From positions 2,432,001-2,496,000 of the forward strand of contig CAUVXB020000002.1 of NCBI GenBank assembly GCA_963555825.3: DNA of 64,000 bases. Direction: 5' to 3'. A model generated the notes under the pieces. It searched no databases. It was given only the letters and a program-made list of their open reading frames with translations, and was not told the origin of the DNA. Both the position numbers and the translations under genes were made by a program. Positions 1-10,112 of this stretch are shown in pieces; within the stretch, counting starts at the first letter, position 1; the number at the start of each line of letters is the position of its first letter. This stretch comes from Alphaproteobacteria bacterium (lineage in GTDB: Bacteria; Pseudomonadota; Alphaproteobacteria; JAAXGF01).

Positions 1-270
1 GAGCGGCGTACAAGACCAACGGCGATCCGCGGCGCCGCTGGTGTCGGCCATTTGCGCGCGTAGATGTGGAAATCGCTCGGTTCGACGGTGTAACCGGCAC
101 GCCGTACTCCTGTGATCGTCCAAGGGCCACACGGCCGCCGCGTTCATAGCGCGTCATGGCGGCATGCGGCAAGCCGCACGACGACGAGTTCGAATGTACG
201 ATCAATCGTCGCGCCGGTAAATCGCCGCGTTGACCGGCAGGGCTGGTTCGACGACCCCTCTGTCATGTAA

Positions 271-292
271 TATCACTGATCCTTGGTATAAG
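271..292. repeat. Isolated right terminal repeat of the TACCAAGGATCAGTGATA MITE family
   Basis: tatcactgatccttggtataag is identical to 22905-22926, the right end of the MITE after mobA. Confidence 0.75.
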
Positions 293-300
293 CTCGCCCG

Positions 301-1296
301 ATGACCAAGCGGTTCAGCGTTCTCGGCGCCGGCGCCTGGGGCACGGCGCTCGCTCATCGCCTCGCCGTCGCCGGCGCGGACACCACGTTGTGGGCGCGCG
401 ACGCGAGCGCCGCCGCCGCGATCAACGAGACCCACGAAAACGTCAGGCGCCTGCCCGGTGTCACGATTGACGCGCGCGTGCGCGCGACGGCCGAGATCGC
501 CGATGCGGCCGACGGCGACGCGATGCTGCTGGTCGTGCCGGCGCAGGCCGTGCGCGCGACCTGCCGCGCCTTGGCGGCAACCGGGCGCACCCTGCCGCCG
601 GTCGTGCTATGCGCCAAGGGCATCGAGGAAACCACCGGCGCCCTCATGCATCGGGTGGTGGTGGACGAAATCGCCGACGCCACCGTCGCGGTGCTGTCGG
701 GCCCGAGCTTCGCCAGCGAGCTGGCCCAGGGGCTACCGGCCGCCGTGACGCTTGCCGCGACCGACGACACGACCGCCCGGTCGATTGCCGCGCTGGTCGC
801 CTGCCCCGGCCTGCGGCCCTACACCTCGACCGACCTGGTCGGCGCCGAGATCGGCGGCGCGCTCAAGAACGTCTACGCCATCGCCTGCGGCATCGTCGAG
901 GGGCGCGGCCTGGGGGTCAACGCGCGCGCCGCGCTGATCACGCGCGGATTCGCCGAGATGCAGCGCCTCGGCCGCGCACTCGGCGCCCGGCCGGAGACGC
1001 TGGCCGGTCTCTGCGGTCTGGGCGATCTGGTGCTCAGCTGCACCAGCACCAAGTCGCGCAACTACGCCCTGGGCCACGCACTGGGCGCGGCGGCGCAAGC
1101 GCAGGAATCGCTCGATCACCCGCCGGCGCTGGTCGAGGGCGTCGCCACCGCGGCGGCGGTCACTAAACTAGGCGCCGCGCACGCGGTCGACCTGCCGATC
1201 GCCGCGGCGGTCGACGCCATCGTCCATTCGGGCGCCGCGGTCGACGCCGAGATCGAACGCCTGCTGACCCGCCCGCTACGCGCCGAGGGACCGTGA
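301..1296 (+). CDS. gpsA: NAD(P)H-dependent glycerol-3-phosphate dehydrogenase
   Basis: GAGAWGTALA Rossmann motif, LSGPSFA, GGALKNVYAIACG, GLGDLVLSC, SRNY. Confidence 0.95.
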   Translation: MTKRFSVLGAGAWGTALAHRLAVAGADTTLWARDASAAAAINETHENVRRLPGVTIDARVRATAEIADAADGDAMLLVVPAQAVRATCRALAATGRTLPPVVLCAKGIEETTGALMHRVVVDEIADATVAVLSGPSFASELAQGLPAAVTLAATDDTTARSIAALVACPGLRPYTSTDLVGAEIGGALKNVYAIACGIVEGRGLGVNARAALITRGFAEMQRLGRALGARPETLAGLCGLGDLVLSCTSTKSRNYALGHALGAAAQAQESLDHPPALVEGVATAAAVTKLGAAHAVDLPIAAAVDAIVHSGAAVDAEIERLLTRPLRAEGP

Positions 1297-1306
1297 GAAC
1301 TCCAGT

Positions 1307-2749
1307 CTAGGCGGGCTCGGCGCCCGGCACCTCGGAGCGGATGTCGCGGAACTTGCCGCTCGCGTCGCGCGGGATGTCGTCGGCGTAGGTGATCGGCAGT
1401 TCGAAGGCATAGCCGAAGCTCGCGTTGATCGAGTCCTTGAGGGCGGTCTCCTCGTTGGGCGTCAGCGGCCGCGTGACGACGAGCTTCATCTCGATGACGT
1501 CGAGCGACGTTTGGACGAGCTGAAACTGGCGCACCGGGGCGATCGCGCCGAACTCGCGGTAGAGGTCGGGGAACACCCGCTCGCCGGTCGGCCGGACGAT
1601 GAAGTTGCGCGCCTTGCCGAGGACACGCTCGAGAACGGGCAGGCCGCGACCGCATTCGCATGGTTCGCCCAAGATCGTAACGTCGGCGATGTCGGAACGG
1701 ATGAACGGCGTCGCGAAGTTGTTGAGCGAGGTCGCCACGACGCGGCCGACCTCGCCGCGCCGGCACGGCCGGTCGTTGGCGTCGAGCACTTCGACCAGCA
1801 CGTTCTCGGCCTGGACGTGCATGTTGGTCGTCACTGGGCACTGATGCGCGATCGTGCCGAATTCCTCGGCGCTGTAGTTGTCGTGTATCGGCACGCCCCA
1901 GACCGCCTCGCATCTCTCGCGCACCCAGGGGTCGAGGGTCTCGCCGTAGGTCCGCACTTCGCGAAGCTTTTCGAAGCGGATGCCGGTTTCCTCGCTGCGC
2001 TGGACGAGGCCGAGAATGACGTAGGGGTGCGACTGCAGATAGACCGGATCCTCGGCGGCGACTTTTTCGAAAATATCGTCGATCGGCAGGCGCATGTCGA
2101 TCAGCAGCCCGGGGCCAGTGTGGGTGACCGGCGCCCAGCGAATGATCTCGCCGACCGGCGTGCTGGGCCTGGGCGGCCGGAGCGAGACGTTCTTCTGACT
2201 GAGGTCGCGCTGGTGCCAGATGTGCCCGCGCATGGTCAGCGCGTTCAGCATCATGCTGGTCATGACGGTAGTGAGAAACGTGATTGGTTGGCTCGTCGAG
2301 CCCGAGGTCTTCGATGGGCTCGGCGTGCCGTGGCCGGGCGGCAGCACCTTGCTTCGCAGGTCGCGGCCGGCCGTCTGTATGTCGTCGCGCTTCAGCAGGG
2401 GTATCCGGCGAAACCGCTCGAGCGTGAGCGCGCCCGGCGCCAGGCCGGCGAATGGCCGTAGGCGCTCGCGATAGAACGGCACGTGCCGGGCAGCGTGATC
2501 GATCAGGATCTGGATCTGGTGAAGCTGGTGGGCCAGCAGTTTCTCCTCGGACCACCATTGGGTCTCCTCGAGTTGAAACTGCAGGGCGAGCGCGTAGGCT
2601 TCCTGAGTGTTTTGCAGAACTGGCCAGGCGATGCCGGCGGCGGTGCCCCGGGTCTTGTCCGGCCGCTTCGGGGCGGTCGAAGCTCTCGCTTTCCGCGGTG
2701 TCCGCGCAGCGCTTTTCGGTTTATCCGTCGGTCGTTTCTTTCGCGACAT
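1307..2749 (-). CDS. Phenylacetate-CoA ligase (PaaK)-like adenylate-forming protein
   Basis: HVPFYRER, KTSGST P-loop, YSAEEFG, ATSLNNFATPFIR; the start may lie further downstream. Confidence 0.8.
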   Translation of the reverse strand: MSRKKRPTDKPKSAARTPRKARASTAPKRPDKTRGTAAGIAWPVLQNTQEAYALALQFQLEETQWWSEEKLLAHQLHQIQILIDHAARHVPFYRERLRPFAGLAPGALTLERFRRIPLLKRDDIQTAGRDLRSKVLPPGHGTPSPSKTSGSTSQPITFLTTVMTSMMLNALTMRGHIWHQRDLSQKNVSLRPPRPSTPVGEIIRWAPVTHTGPGLLIDMRLPIDDIFEKVAAEDPVYLQSHPYVILGLVQRSEETGIRFEKLREVRTYGETLDPWVRERCEAVWGVPIHDNYSAEEFGTIAHQCPVTTNMHVQAENVLVEVLDANDRPCRRGEVGRVVATSLNNFATPFIRSDIADVTILGEPCECGRGLPVLERVLGKARNFIVRPTGERVFPDLYREFGAIAPVRQFQLVQTSLDVIEMKLVVTRPLTPNEETALKDSINASFGYAFELPITYADDIPRDASGKFRDIRSEVPGAEPA

Positions 2750-2961
2750 GACGTTGCACTTCCGCCACGGCTCCAGGGTCTTGCGCGAACCGCGCGCCCG
2801 ATCGGCCGAGGCGCGCCGAGCCCGCGGCGATATGCTATTCCTAGCCCAATCGACGGCGCGCGTCAGCCACCCGCGCGCGCCGTCGAGACCGGATGTGTCG
2901 ACCGCGGCGAGGATGCCATGGCGTCAAGCGCTCGTATCACTGGCGATCGGGTCGGCGACCC

Positions 2962-3222
2962 GTGAAGATCGAGGTCGCGTGCCACGCCGGCTACCGCGGC
3001 GACGAGACGCCCCGGCGGCTTACGCTCGGCGGCCGCGCAGTCGAGGTGGTCGAGGTGCTCGATCGCTGGCACGGCCCCGATCACCGCTATTTCAAGGTCG
3101 CGGGCGACGACGGCGCGATCTATATCCTGCGCCACGAGCCACCGAGCGGAGAGTGGCGGCTGACGCTGTATGAGCGCGGCGCCGCGGCGACGCCAACGCA
3201 ACAGGAGGACCGGGCGCCATGA
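2962..3222 (+). CDS. Small conserved hypothetical protein
   Basis: GTG start; YRGDETPRR..VLDRWHGPDHRYFKV..DG.IYILR pattern; stop overlaps the next ATG (ATGA). Confidence 0.7.
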   Translation: MKIEVACHAGYRGDETPRRLTLGGRAVEVVEVLDRWHGPDHRYFKVAGDDGAIYILRHEPPSGEWRLTLYERGAAATPTQQEDRAP

Positions 3223-3265
3223 CCGTCCTCGTTACTGGCGCCACGGGGATCGTCGGCTCGGCGGT
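3219..3265 (+). pseudogene. Degenerate duplicate of the 5' end of hpnA
   Basis: atgaccgtcctcgttactggcgccacggggatcgtcggctcggcggt (MTVLVTGATGIVGSAV) vs 5425 atgaccgtcctcgtcaccggcgcgacgggcttcgtcggcgcggcggt; preceded by an AGGAGG RBS. Confidence 0.85.
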
Positions 3266-3609
3266 CAGTCTGACGGGTAGATACGAGGCGTTCTTGACGT
3301 TATATTCAAAGAGTTGTTGTAGGCGCGGGGCGAAGCAAAATGATGATCGATTACCAACTCGAAAGAAGCGATCTTAAAGAACTATCGAAATTCGTCAGCA
3401 CGTGGGCGAGGGCAGATCGATCCAATCCACCCAGTGGTAAAATTAAACTCGAACTACCTGGGTTTTTTAGTTTTTTAATATTAGTATTATTTGCAGTTTT
3501 ACTACAATATATTTTAAGAAATCAACTCGATTTCAACTTTCAATCCTACAGTTTTATAGCAGGAGCAATTGTGGGTTGTTTTTGCATATTGGCTGTGTAA
3601 AGTACAACT

Positions 3610-5070
3610 TCAGGCGAATGACGCCTTGGAAAGATGGCATAGTGGGCGGATGCAACCGGTCGTCGCAACACGTTCAGTTTGACTGGCCTGCAAGCACTGG
3701 TCCAGAGCTTCGGCGGGAGTTCTCCATCCGAGGGTCTTGCGGGGCCGTGTATTGAGCGCGTCAGCAACAACTGCGAGTACGTCCGGACTGTGTACGCTCA
3801 GATCGGTTCCTTTCGGGAAGTACTGTCGAAGCAGTCCATTGGTGTTCTCGTTCGTTCCGCGTTGCCAAGGGCTGTGCGGTTCGCAGAAGTAGACGGGAAG
3901 GCCGGTTGCGATCCGCAGATCCGCATGCCTGGCCATCTCTGCTCCCTGGTCCCAGGTCAGCGAGCGGCGAAGCTGCGCTGGCAATGTCGTGATCGTCCGG
4001 GCGATGGCATCGCGAACCGCTTCAGCCCCATGACCGGCAAGCGCAGGCCCGTTCTTCACGCGCGGGACGGTGCCGTGGCCTTCCATTCGGGGAAGATGCA
4101 GCAGCATTGTGAACCGCGTGGTGCGTTCCACCAGAGTGCCGATCGCCGATCTGCCCAAGCCGATGATCAGGTCACCTTCCCAGTGTCCGGGTACGGCCCG
4201 ATCAGCTGCTTCCGCCGATCGTTCACTGATCATGATCTCAGGCGTGACGAAGGATTTGCCCCGCCGGCGGCTACGTGCCCGAGGCACGCGCAGTGCCCTT
4301 CCCGTGCGAAGGCAGGCGGTCAGCTCACGACGGAGTGCGCCGCGGCCCTGTACGTAGAGCGCCTGATAGATCGCCTCATGACTGATCCGCATCGCTTGAT
4401 CCTCGGGCCCGTCCCCAGGATAGTCGATCCGAAGACGGTGCGCGATCTGCTCAGGACTCCAGGCCCTGGCCCATCGCCTGTGCTGCCGCGGCCCATGCCG
4501 ACGACCGTTCCAGACGACGCGTGGCCCCTCGATCACCGTTCCATCCGGTGCCGAGATCCGACCCGCAAGCCGATCCTGCACATAGCGCCGCAGCGCCTCA
4601 TTCGTTGCCAGCTTGGCTGGCTTCGGCCTTTTGGCGGATCGATCAGCATGCCACTGCGCCGTCGTTGCTCGGTAGTCCAGGCCACCGCTTCGGGTCGCCG
4701 CGTTGCGCCGCACCTCGCGGGAGATCGTCGACGGTGCTCGCTCCAGCCGGCAAGCAATATGACGTATGCCTCTTCCCTGGGCGCGCAGAAGAGCAATCTC
4801 CTCACGTTCCTCGAAAGACAGGTAACGTCCTGACAGCGGCTTGGCCGATTGCGATAAATGTGATGGTGGCATGCCGCCCGACCTCCGGAACCACCTCGAG
4901 CCTACCGGAGGGGATACACCGGCATCTCGGGCCGCGTCCTCGCTCGAACGCCCCGTCGCAATCGCTGCCCAGAACCGAACAAGCTCCTCACGCCGTGCCG
5001 AGTCCGGTCGACCTGGCGAATGCAACTTGCTCCGTCCAGACCGATCCGACCGCCGTCTGCGTACCGTCAT
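3610..5070 (-). CDS. IS30 transposase
   Basis: GHWEGDLI, LTWDQGAEM, SPWQRGTNENTNGLLRQYFPKG. Confidence 0.95.
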   Translation of the reverse strand: MTVRRRRSDRSGRSKLHSPGRPDSARREELVRFWAAIATGRSSEDAARDAGVSPPVGSRWFRRSGGMPPSHLSQSAKPLSGRYLSFEEREEIALLRAQGRGIRHIACRLERAPSTISREVRRNAATRSGGLDYRATTAQWHADRSAKRPKPAKLATNEALRRYVQDRLAGRISAPDGTVIEGPRVVWNGRRHGPRQHRRWARAWSPEQIAHRLRIDYPGDGPEDQAMRISHEAIYQALYVQGRGALRRELTACLRTGRALRVPRARSRRRGKSFVTPEIMISERSAEAADRAVPGHWEGDLIIGLGRSAIGTLVERTTRFTMLLHLPRMEGHGTVPRVKNGPALAGHGAEAVRDAIARTITTLPAQLRRSLTWDQGAEMARHADLRIATGLPVYFCEPHSPWQRGTNENTNGLLRQYFPKGTDLSVHSPDVLAVVADALNTRPRKTLGWRTPAEALDQCLQASQTERVATTGCIRPLCHLSKASFA

Positions 5071-5116
5071 AGCAACCTCCTATGCCAGAGTGTTGCGACG
5101 ACCGATTGAACTCGCC
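3645..5116 (-). mobile_element. IS30-family insertion sequence
   Basis: Imperfect 27-bp TIRs ggcggatgcaaccggtcgtcgcaacac / ggcgagttcaatcggtcgtcgcaacac; GTG duplicated at 3642-3644 and 5117-5119. Confidence 0.9.
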
Positions 5117-5424
5117 GTGTTTTCGCCGTCACAAATGGTCATCAACGAGACCGGCATTGAAACCCGCCAAGAAAATTGTCGATCGATGTCTAATTGGCTT
5201 GGTGTGTTCTCCGTGAAGGAAGCGGAGGAGCATTTTTTTCTCATGGTGGACAACTGCGCTGGATACGTCGTGCCCAAGCGCGCCTTCGCCGACACTGCCA
5301 AACTCGAAGAATTCCGCGCGCTGCTTGCCGCCCACGTCATGCCGCCTGCCTAACCCGCATTGCAACGGCGGGCGTTCGCCGCCATAACGGACTTCATGCA
5401 TCGATCGTTTAGCGGGCATTTGTC

Positions 5425-6411
5425 ATGACCGTCCTCGTCACCGGCGCGACGGGCTTCGTCGGCGCGGCGGTGCTGCGCGCGCTGCTCGACGCCGGCCAGG
5501 CGGTGCGCGCGCTGGTCAGGGCGGGCAGCGACCGGCGCAACCTCGAAGGCCTCGATGTCGAGCCGGTCGAGGGCGAGCTCGGCGACGCGGCATCGCTGGG
5601 CCGCGCGGTGGCCGGCTGCGCGGCGCTCTACCACGTCGCCGCCGACTATCGCCTCTGGGTGCCCGAGCCGGCGGCGATCTACCGCGCCAACGTCGAGGGC
5701 ACGCGCGCGTTGATGCGCGCCGCGGCCGAGGCCGGCGTCGCGCGCATCGTCTACACCAGCAGCGTCGCCGTGCTGGGGCTTCACGCCGACGGCGCGCCGG
5801 CCGACGAGACGGTCCCGGCGACGCTCGTCGACATGATCGGCCATTACAAGCGCTCGAAGTTCCTCGCCGAGCAGGCGGTCGCCGAGATGGCCGCCGAAGG
5901 CCTGCCGGTCGTGATCGTCAACCCGTCGACGCCGATCGGCCCGCGCGACGTCAAGCCGACGCCGACCGGGCGCATGGTCGTCGAGGCGGCCGCCGGACGC
6001 ATGCCGGCCTTCGTCGACACCGGCCTCAACCTGGTGCATGTCGACGACGTCGCCGCCGGCCACCTGTTGGCCTTCGAGCATGGCGCGGTCGGCGAACGCT
6101 ACATCCTCGGCGGCCATGACATGAGCCTGCGCGACATCCTGGCCGAAATCGCGGCGATCGCCGGGCGCAAGCCGCCCAAGGTGAAGCTGCCGCACGGCCT
6201 GATCCTGCCCTTCGCCTATGCCGCCGAGGGCATCGCACGGTTGACCGGGCGCGAGCCGTTCGCCACGGTCGACGGCATCCGAATGGCGCGCAAGAAGATG
6301 TACTTCTCCTCGGCCAAGGCCCGCGCGGCGCTCGGCTACCGGCCGCGCCCGGCGCTCGAGGCGCTCAGCGACGCCGTCGCCTGGTTCCGCGCCAACGGCT
6401 ATCTCGATTAA
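5425..6411 (+). CDS. hpnA: Hopanoid-associated NAD-dependent sugar epimerase/dehydratase
   Basis: TGATGFVG, HVAADYRLW, YKRSK, GPRDVKPTPTG. Confidence 0.88.
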   Translation: MTVLVTGATGFVGAAVLRALLDAGQAVRALVRAGSDRRNLEGLDVEPVEGELGDAASLGRAVAGCAALYHVAADYRLWVPEPAAIYRANVEGTRALMRAAAEAGVARIVYTSSVAVLGLHADGAPADETVPATLVDMIGHYKRSKFLAEQAVAEMAAEGLPVVIVNPSTPIGPRDVKPTPTGRMVVEAAAGRMPAFVDTGLNLVHVDDVAAGHLLAFEHGAVGERYILGGHDMSLRDILAEIAAIAGRKPPKVKLPHGLILPFAYAAEGIARLTGREPFATVDGIRMARKKMYFSSAKARAALGYRPRPALEALSDAVAWFRANGYLD

Positions 6412-6412
6412 T

Positions 6413-6448
6413 GCGTCATCCGAATGATGTGAATCATTCGGATGACGC
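6413..6448. terminator. 16-bp perfect stem-loop after hpnA
   Basis: gcgtcatccgaatgat-gtga-atcattcggatgacgc; no U-tract. Confidence 0.5.
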
Positions 6449-6577
6449 CAGCCCGCGCCAGTCTTATTGGGACAAGCGGGGGGCCGCCGACCGTTCGGCA
6501 AGCTTTGATCCCATAAGATTGGCATGTGCGGCGATTGAGCGCAGGCCACCTGTAGGTGGCCGCCAAAAAATACTCTA
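6447..6577 (+). repeat. Structured intergenic repeat family S, long copy
   Basis: Core gccgccgaccgttcggc...gcggcgattgagcgcagg shared with 32129, 49068, 62750 and 63371. Confidence 0.9.
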
Positions 6578-6590
6578 AAAGGATTTTGGC

Positions 6591-7355
6591 ATGACCGATG
6601 CACCCACCACACAGCTCTGCCGCCACACGCTGGAGTCCATCGAGCTGCGCGGCCGCGACCTGGTCGACGGCATGGTCGGCCGCATGAACTTCACCGAAGC
6701 GCTGTTCCTTCACATCACCGGCCGCGACCCCGGGTCGGCCGAGGCCGCGATCACCGACGCGGTGCTCATCGTGCTGATGGAGCACGGTCTGACGCCGAGC
6801 GCGATCGCTGCGCGCATGGTGTATGCCAGCGCGCCCGAGGCGCTGCAGGCGGGCGTCGCCGCCGGGCTGTTGGCGGTCGGCAGTCAATTCGTCGGCACCA
6901 TGGAGTTGACCGCGAATATTCTCTCCGAGATGGTCGACGACCCGGCCGGGATCGAGGCCGCGGCCGAGCGCATAGCCAAGGCCTACCGCGCCGAACGCCG
7001 GCCGATGCCGGGCTTCGGCCACCACCTGCACAAACCCGACGACCCGCGCCCGCCCAGGCTGTTTTCCATCGCCGAGAAACACGGCATGCCGGGCCGCCAC
7101 ATCGCCGCGTTGCGCGCGCTCGGTTCCGCGGTCGACGCCGCCGCCGGCCGCCACATCACGATCAACGCGACCGGCGCGGTCGCCGCGGTGCTGATGGAGA
7201 TCGGCGTCGCGCCCGAGATCATGCGCGGCTTCGCCGTCATCTCGCGCGCCGCCGGCCTGGTCGCCCACATCGCCGAGGAGCAAGAGCGCCCCGCGGCGCG
7301 GCGGATTTGGGAGGTGGCGGAGGGGGCCGTACCCTATGCCGACGATGGGACCTGA
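6591..7355 (+). CDS. Citryl-CoA lyase / citrate synthase-fold protein
   Basis: EHGLTPS, PGFGH, NATGA, SRAAGLVAH. Confidence 0.85.
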   Translation: MTDAPTTQLCRHTLESIELRGRDLVDGMVGRMNFTEALFLHITGRDPGSAEAAITDAVLIVLMEHGLTPSAIAARMVYASAPEALQAGVAAGLLAVGSQFVGTMELTANILSEMVDDPAGIEAAAERIAKAYRAERRPMPGFGHHLHKPDDPRPPRLFSIAEKHGMPGRHIAALRALGSAVDAAAGRHITINATGAVAAVLMEIGVAPEIMRGFAVISRAAGLVAHIAEEQERPAARRIWEVAEGAVPYADDGT

Positions 7356-7362
7356 GTAAGCG

Positions 7363-8997
7363 ATGCTCGAACGACGGGAAACGTATGACGAAGTCTACGG
7401 CGCATTCCGCTGGCGCATTCCGGCGCGCTACAACATCGGCGTCGATGCCTGTGACAAGTGGGCCGGGGACGCCGACAGGCTCGCGCTGATCCACGAGGAT
7501 GAGAGCGGGCGCGTCGAGACCTTCACCTTCGCGCGACTGAAAGAGCTGTCGGACCGTTTCGCCAACGCGCTTGGCGGACTCGGCGTCGGGCGTGGCGACC
7601 GGGTCGGCATCCTCTTGGCCCAGGGGCCCGAGACGGCGATCGCCCATCTCGCGGTCTACAAGCTGGGCGCGGTCGCGATGCCGCTGTTCACCCTGTTCGG
7701 GCCCGACGCGCTGGCCTACCGGCTCGAGAACTCGGGCACCCGGGCGGTGATCGGCGACGCCGCGAGCCTCGACAAGATCGCGCCGCTGCGCGATGGGCTG
7801 CCGGCGCTCGAGACCTTGATCGCGGTCGGCGGGACGGCCGGCGCGGCCGACTTCCACGCCCTGATCGACAAGGCCGCGAGCGGCTTCACGCCGGCCGACA
7901 CCGGCGCCGACGACCCGGCGCTGATCAGCTACACCTCGGGCACCACTGGCCCACCAAAGGGGGCGCTGCACGCCCATCGCGTGCTGCTCGGCCACTTGCC
8001 CGGCATCTCGTTGCCGCATAACTTCTTCCCGCAACCGGGCGATTTGATGTGGACGCCGGCCGACTGGGCGTGGATCGGCGGGCTGATGGACGCGCTGTTG
8101 CCGGCCTGGCACTTCGGCGTGCCGGTGCTGGCGCACCGCATGGCCAAGTTCGACCCCGAGCGCGCCTTCGCGCTGATCGCCCGGCACGGCGTGCGCAACG
8201 CCTTCATGCCGCCGACCGCGCTCAAGCTGATGCGCCAGGTCGAGGGCCCGCGGGCGCGCCACGACCTCGCCATGTGCTCGATCGGCTCGGGCGGCGAGAG
8301 CCTGGGCGCCGAGCTGCTCGACTGGGGGCGCGAGACCTTCGATCTCACGATCAACGAGTTCTACGGCCAGACCGAGGTGAATCTGGTGCTCGGCAACTGC
8401 GCCGAGATCATAGCCGTGCGGCCGGGCGCCATGGGCCGGCCGATCCCGGGCCACGAGGTCGCCGTGGTCGACGAGACGGGCGCGCCCGTGGCGACCGGCG
8501 AGACCGGCCAGGTCGCGATCAAGCGACCCGATCCGGTGATGTTCCTGGAATACTGGCGCGACGCGGCGGCGACCCGGGCCAAGTTCGTCGGCGACTGGTG
8601 CCTGACCGGCGATCTGGCGCGCATCGACGGCGACGGCTATTACTGGTTCGTCGGCCGCGACGACGACATCATCACATCGTCGGGCTACCGCATCGGCCCG
8701 GCCGAGATCGAGGACTGCCTGATGAAGTACCCCGCCGTCGCCATGGCGGCGGCGATCGGCGTGCCCGACGCGGTGCGCACCGAGATCGTCAAGGCGTTCG
8801 TCGTGGTTGCGCCCGGCGCGACCGCCGACGACGACCTGGCACGCGACATCCAGGCCCATGTCAAGACACGGCTCGCCGCCCACGAATACCCACGCGAGGT
8901 CGAGTTCGTGCCCGAGATGCCGCTAACCTCGACCGGCAAGATCATGCGCCGCGTGCTGCGCGCCCGCGAGATCGAGCGCCGGTCGGGCGAGGGTTAG
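7363..8997 (+). CDS. Acyl-CoA synthetase (AMP-forming)
   Basis: YTSGTTGPPKG, EFYGQTE, TGD, GYRIGPAEIE, TSTGKI. Confidence 0.93.
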   Translation: MLERRETYDEVYGAFRWRIPARYNIGVDACDKWAGDADRLALIHEDESGRVETFTFARLKELSDRFANALGGLGVGRGDRVGILLAQGPETAIAHLAVYKLGAVAMPLFTLFGPDALAYRLENSGTRAVIGDAASLDKIAPLRDGLPALETLIAVGGTAGAADFHALIDKAASGFTPADTGADDPALISYTSGTTGPPKGALHAHRVLLGHLPGISLPHNFFPQPGDLMWTPADWAWIGGLMDALLPAWHFGVPVLAHRMAKFDPERAFALIARHGVRNAFMPPTALKLMRQVEGPRARHDLAMCSIGSGGESLGAELLDWGRETFDLTINEFYGQTEVNLVLGNCAEIIAVRPGAMGRPIPGHEVAVVDETGAPVATGETGQVAIKRPDPVMFLEYWRDAAATRAKFVGDWCLTGDLARIDGDGYYWFVGRDDDIITSSGYRIGPAEIEDCLMKYPAVAMAAAIGVPDAVRTEIVKAFVVVAPGATADDDLARDIQAHVKTRLAAHEYPREVEFVPEMPLTSTGKIMRRVLRAREIERRSGEG

Positions 8998-10112
8998 GGC
9001 CTGTTCTCGATCGCTGTGATCGTCTGACAATCCAGCGCCAGAAAAATTCGCGACATCATCCAGTAGCGCTTCAGGACGTTATCCTGGATATAGCGAATTC
9101 GCCTGGTCGAGCAGGCCGCCTTGACCTCCGCCCGCGCCTCTTGGAACTGCAACAACGTCGCGTCGGGCCAAAGATGATGCTCGATCTGGTAGTTGGTCCA
9201 GCCGTGGAGAACATCGCCGAGATCGCTGCCGCCGTTATAGTTGGCGGTCGCCAGCACCTGACGAGCATAATAATCCCGGCTGCCCGCGCCCGTATCCGCG
9301 AACATCGGAAGATCCGGCGCACAGTGGCTCGACCGTATGCAGATAAAGGTTTGAGCGCTATGGATCAGCTCGGCAAGCACCAGCGTTACGGCCACGTTGG
9401 TCGCAGCAGCCGGGCCGAAGGGCAGAAAAAGCAGCGTCGGCACGACAAAGCGGTAGGCCACATAAGGCAGATAGCGGCGCACCAAGAGCGCCCTGACATC
9501 GCGGTCCGCGATATCAAGAATGTCGCCGAGCTTGAACTCGTATGGCTGGAAACGCTTGTCGCCGCGCCGAAGCCGCAGCCATTCCTGTTCCATATAGGGC
9601 GCGTAATAGCTGAATTTCCAAGTCATTGTGAAGAAGGCCAGAACCAGATAGCGGACCGGCAGCCAAAGGTGCCTGAAGTGATCGGGGTTCATGAGATCGG
9701 CGTCGTTCGCGTCCTGGGTATTGGGGTGGTGCAGACGGTTGTGTAGGTGAAGCCACGCACCGTGCGTCCACCACTCGGGCCAGTCGATAAAGCGCCGCCA
9801 ACCGCGAGCAAAACATTTCGATGTGTATCGCTCAGGGATACCCTCGATGCGGTCGTACGCGCCATGGCCTATGTGGTGGCCGATGGTAAACCGGACGATC
9901 ATTCCCTGGGCAATCAGGAACGCGCTGAGTGGATTCGGGAAAATCCATGCGGTCGAAAAGCCCAGAACCGTGGCCAGGCGCCCGATCCACTCGATTTTTC
10001 TCAGGTGACGAAAGCTTCTTTGGCTCACATCGCGGCGAATTCTGGCGCCAATGCTACGAATATCGGCTGCGAAGCCAGACGCATCAACCACGAAAACGGC
10101 GTCGACTGTCAT
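8994..10112 (-). CDS. Fatty acid desaturase
   Basis: His boxes HHIGH, HNRLHH, QIEHH; lower GC than the flanks. Confidence 0.88.
   Translation of the reverse strand: MTVDAVFVVDASGFAADIRSIGARIRRDVSQRSFRHLRKIEWIGRLATVLGFSTAWIFPNPLSAFLIAQGMIVRFTIGHHIGHGAYDRIEGIPERYTSKCFARGWRRFIDWPEWWTHGAWLHLHNRLHHPNTQDANDADLMNPDHFRHLWLPVRYLVLAFFTMTWKFSYYAPYMEQEWLRLRRGDKRFQPYEFKLGDILDIADRDVRALLVRRYLPYVAYRFVVPTLLFLPFGPAAATNVAVTLVLAELIHSAQTFICIRSSHCAPDLPMFADTGAGSRDYYARQVLATANYNGGSDLGDVLHGWTNYQIEHHLWPDATLLQFQEARAEVKAACSTRRIRYIQDNVLKRYWMMSRIFLALDCQTITAIENRP

Larger units (their letters stand above)
3340..5353 (+). pseudogene. YcxB-like membrane protein, frameshifted and split by IS30
   Basis: AT-rich N-terminal part with two TM segments (3340-3600); C-terminal part 5117-5353 INETGI..W..V..VKE...F.L......VVPKRAF; removing the IS joins PWKDGIV|FSPSQM but in a different frame from the N-terminal part. 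Confidence 0.7.

Noticed and set aside
5348-5416. Possible attC site (gcctaac...gtttagc) after the YcxB-like gene
   Set aside because: The R' box is imperfect, no convincing L boxes are visible and there is no intI; it cannot be supported by eye.
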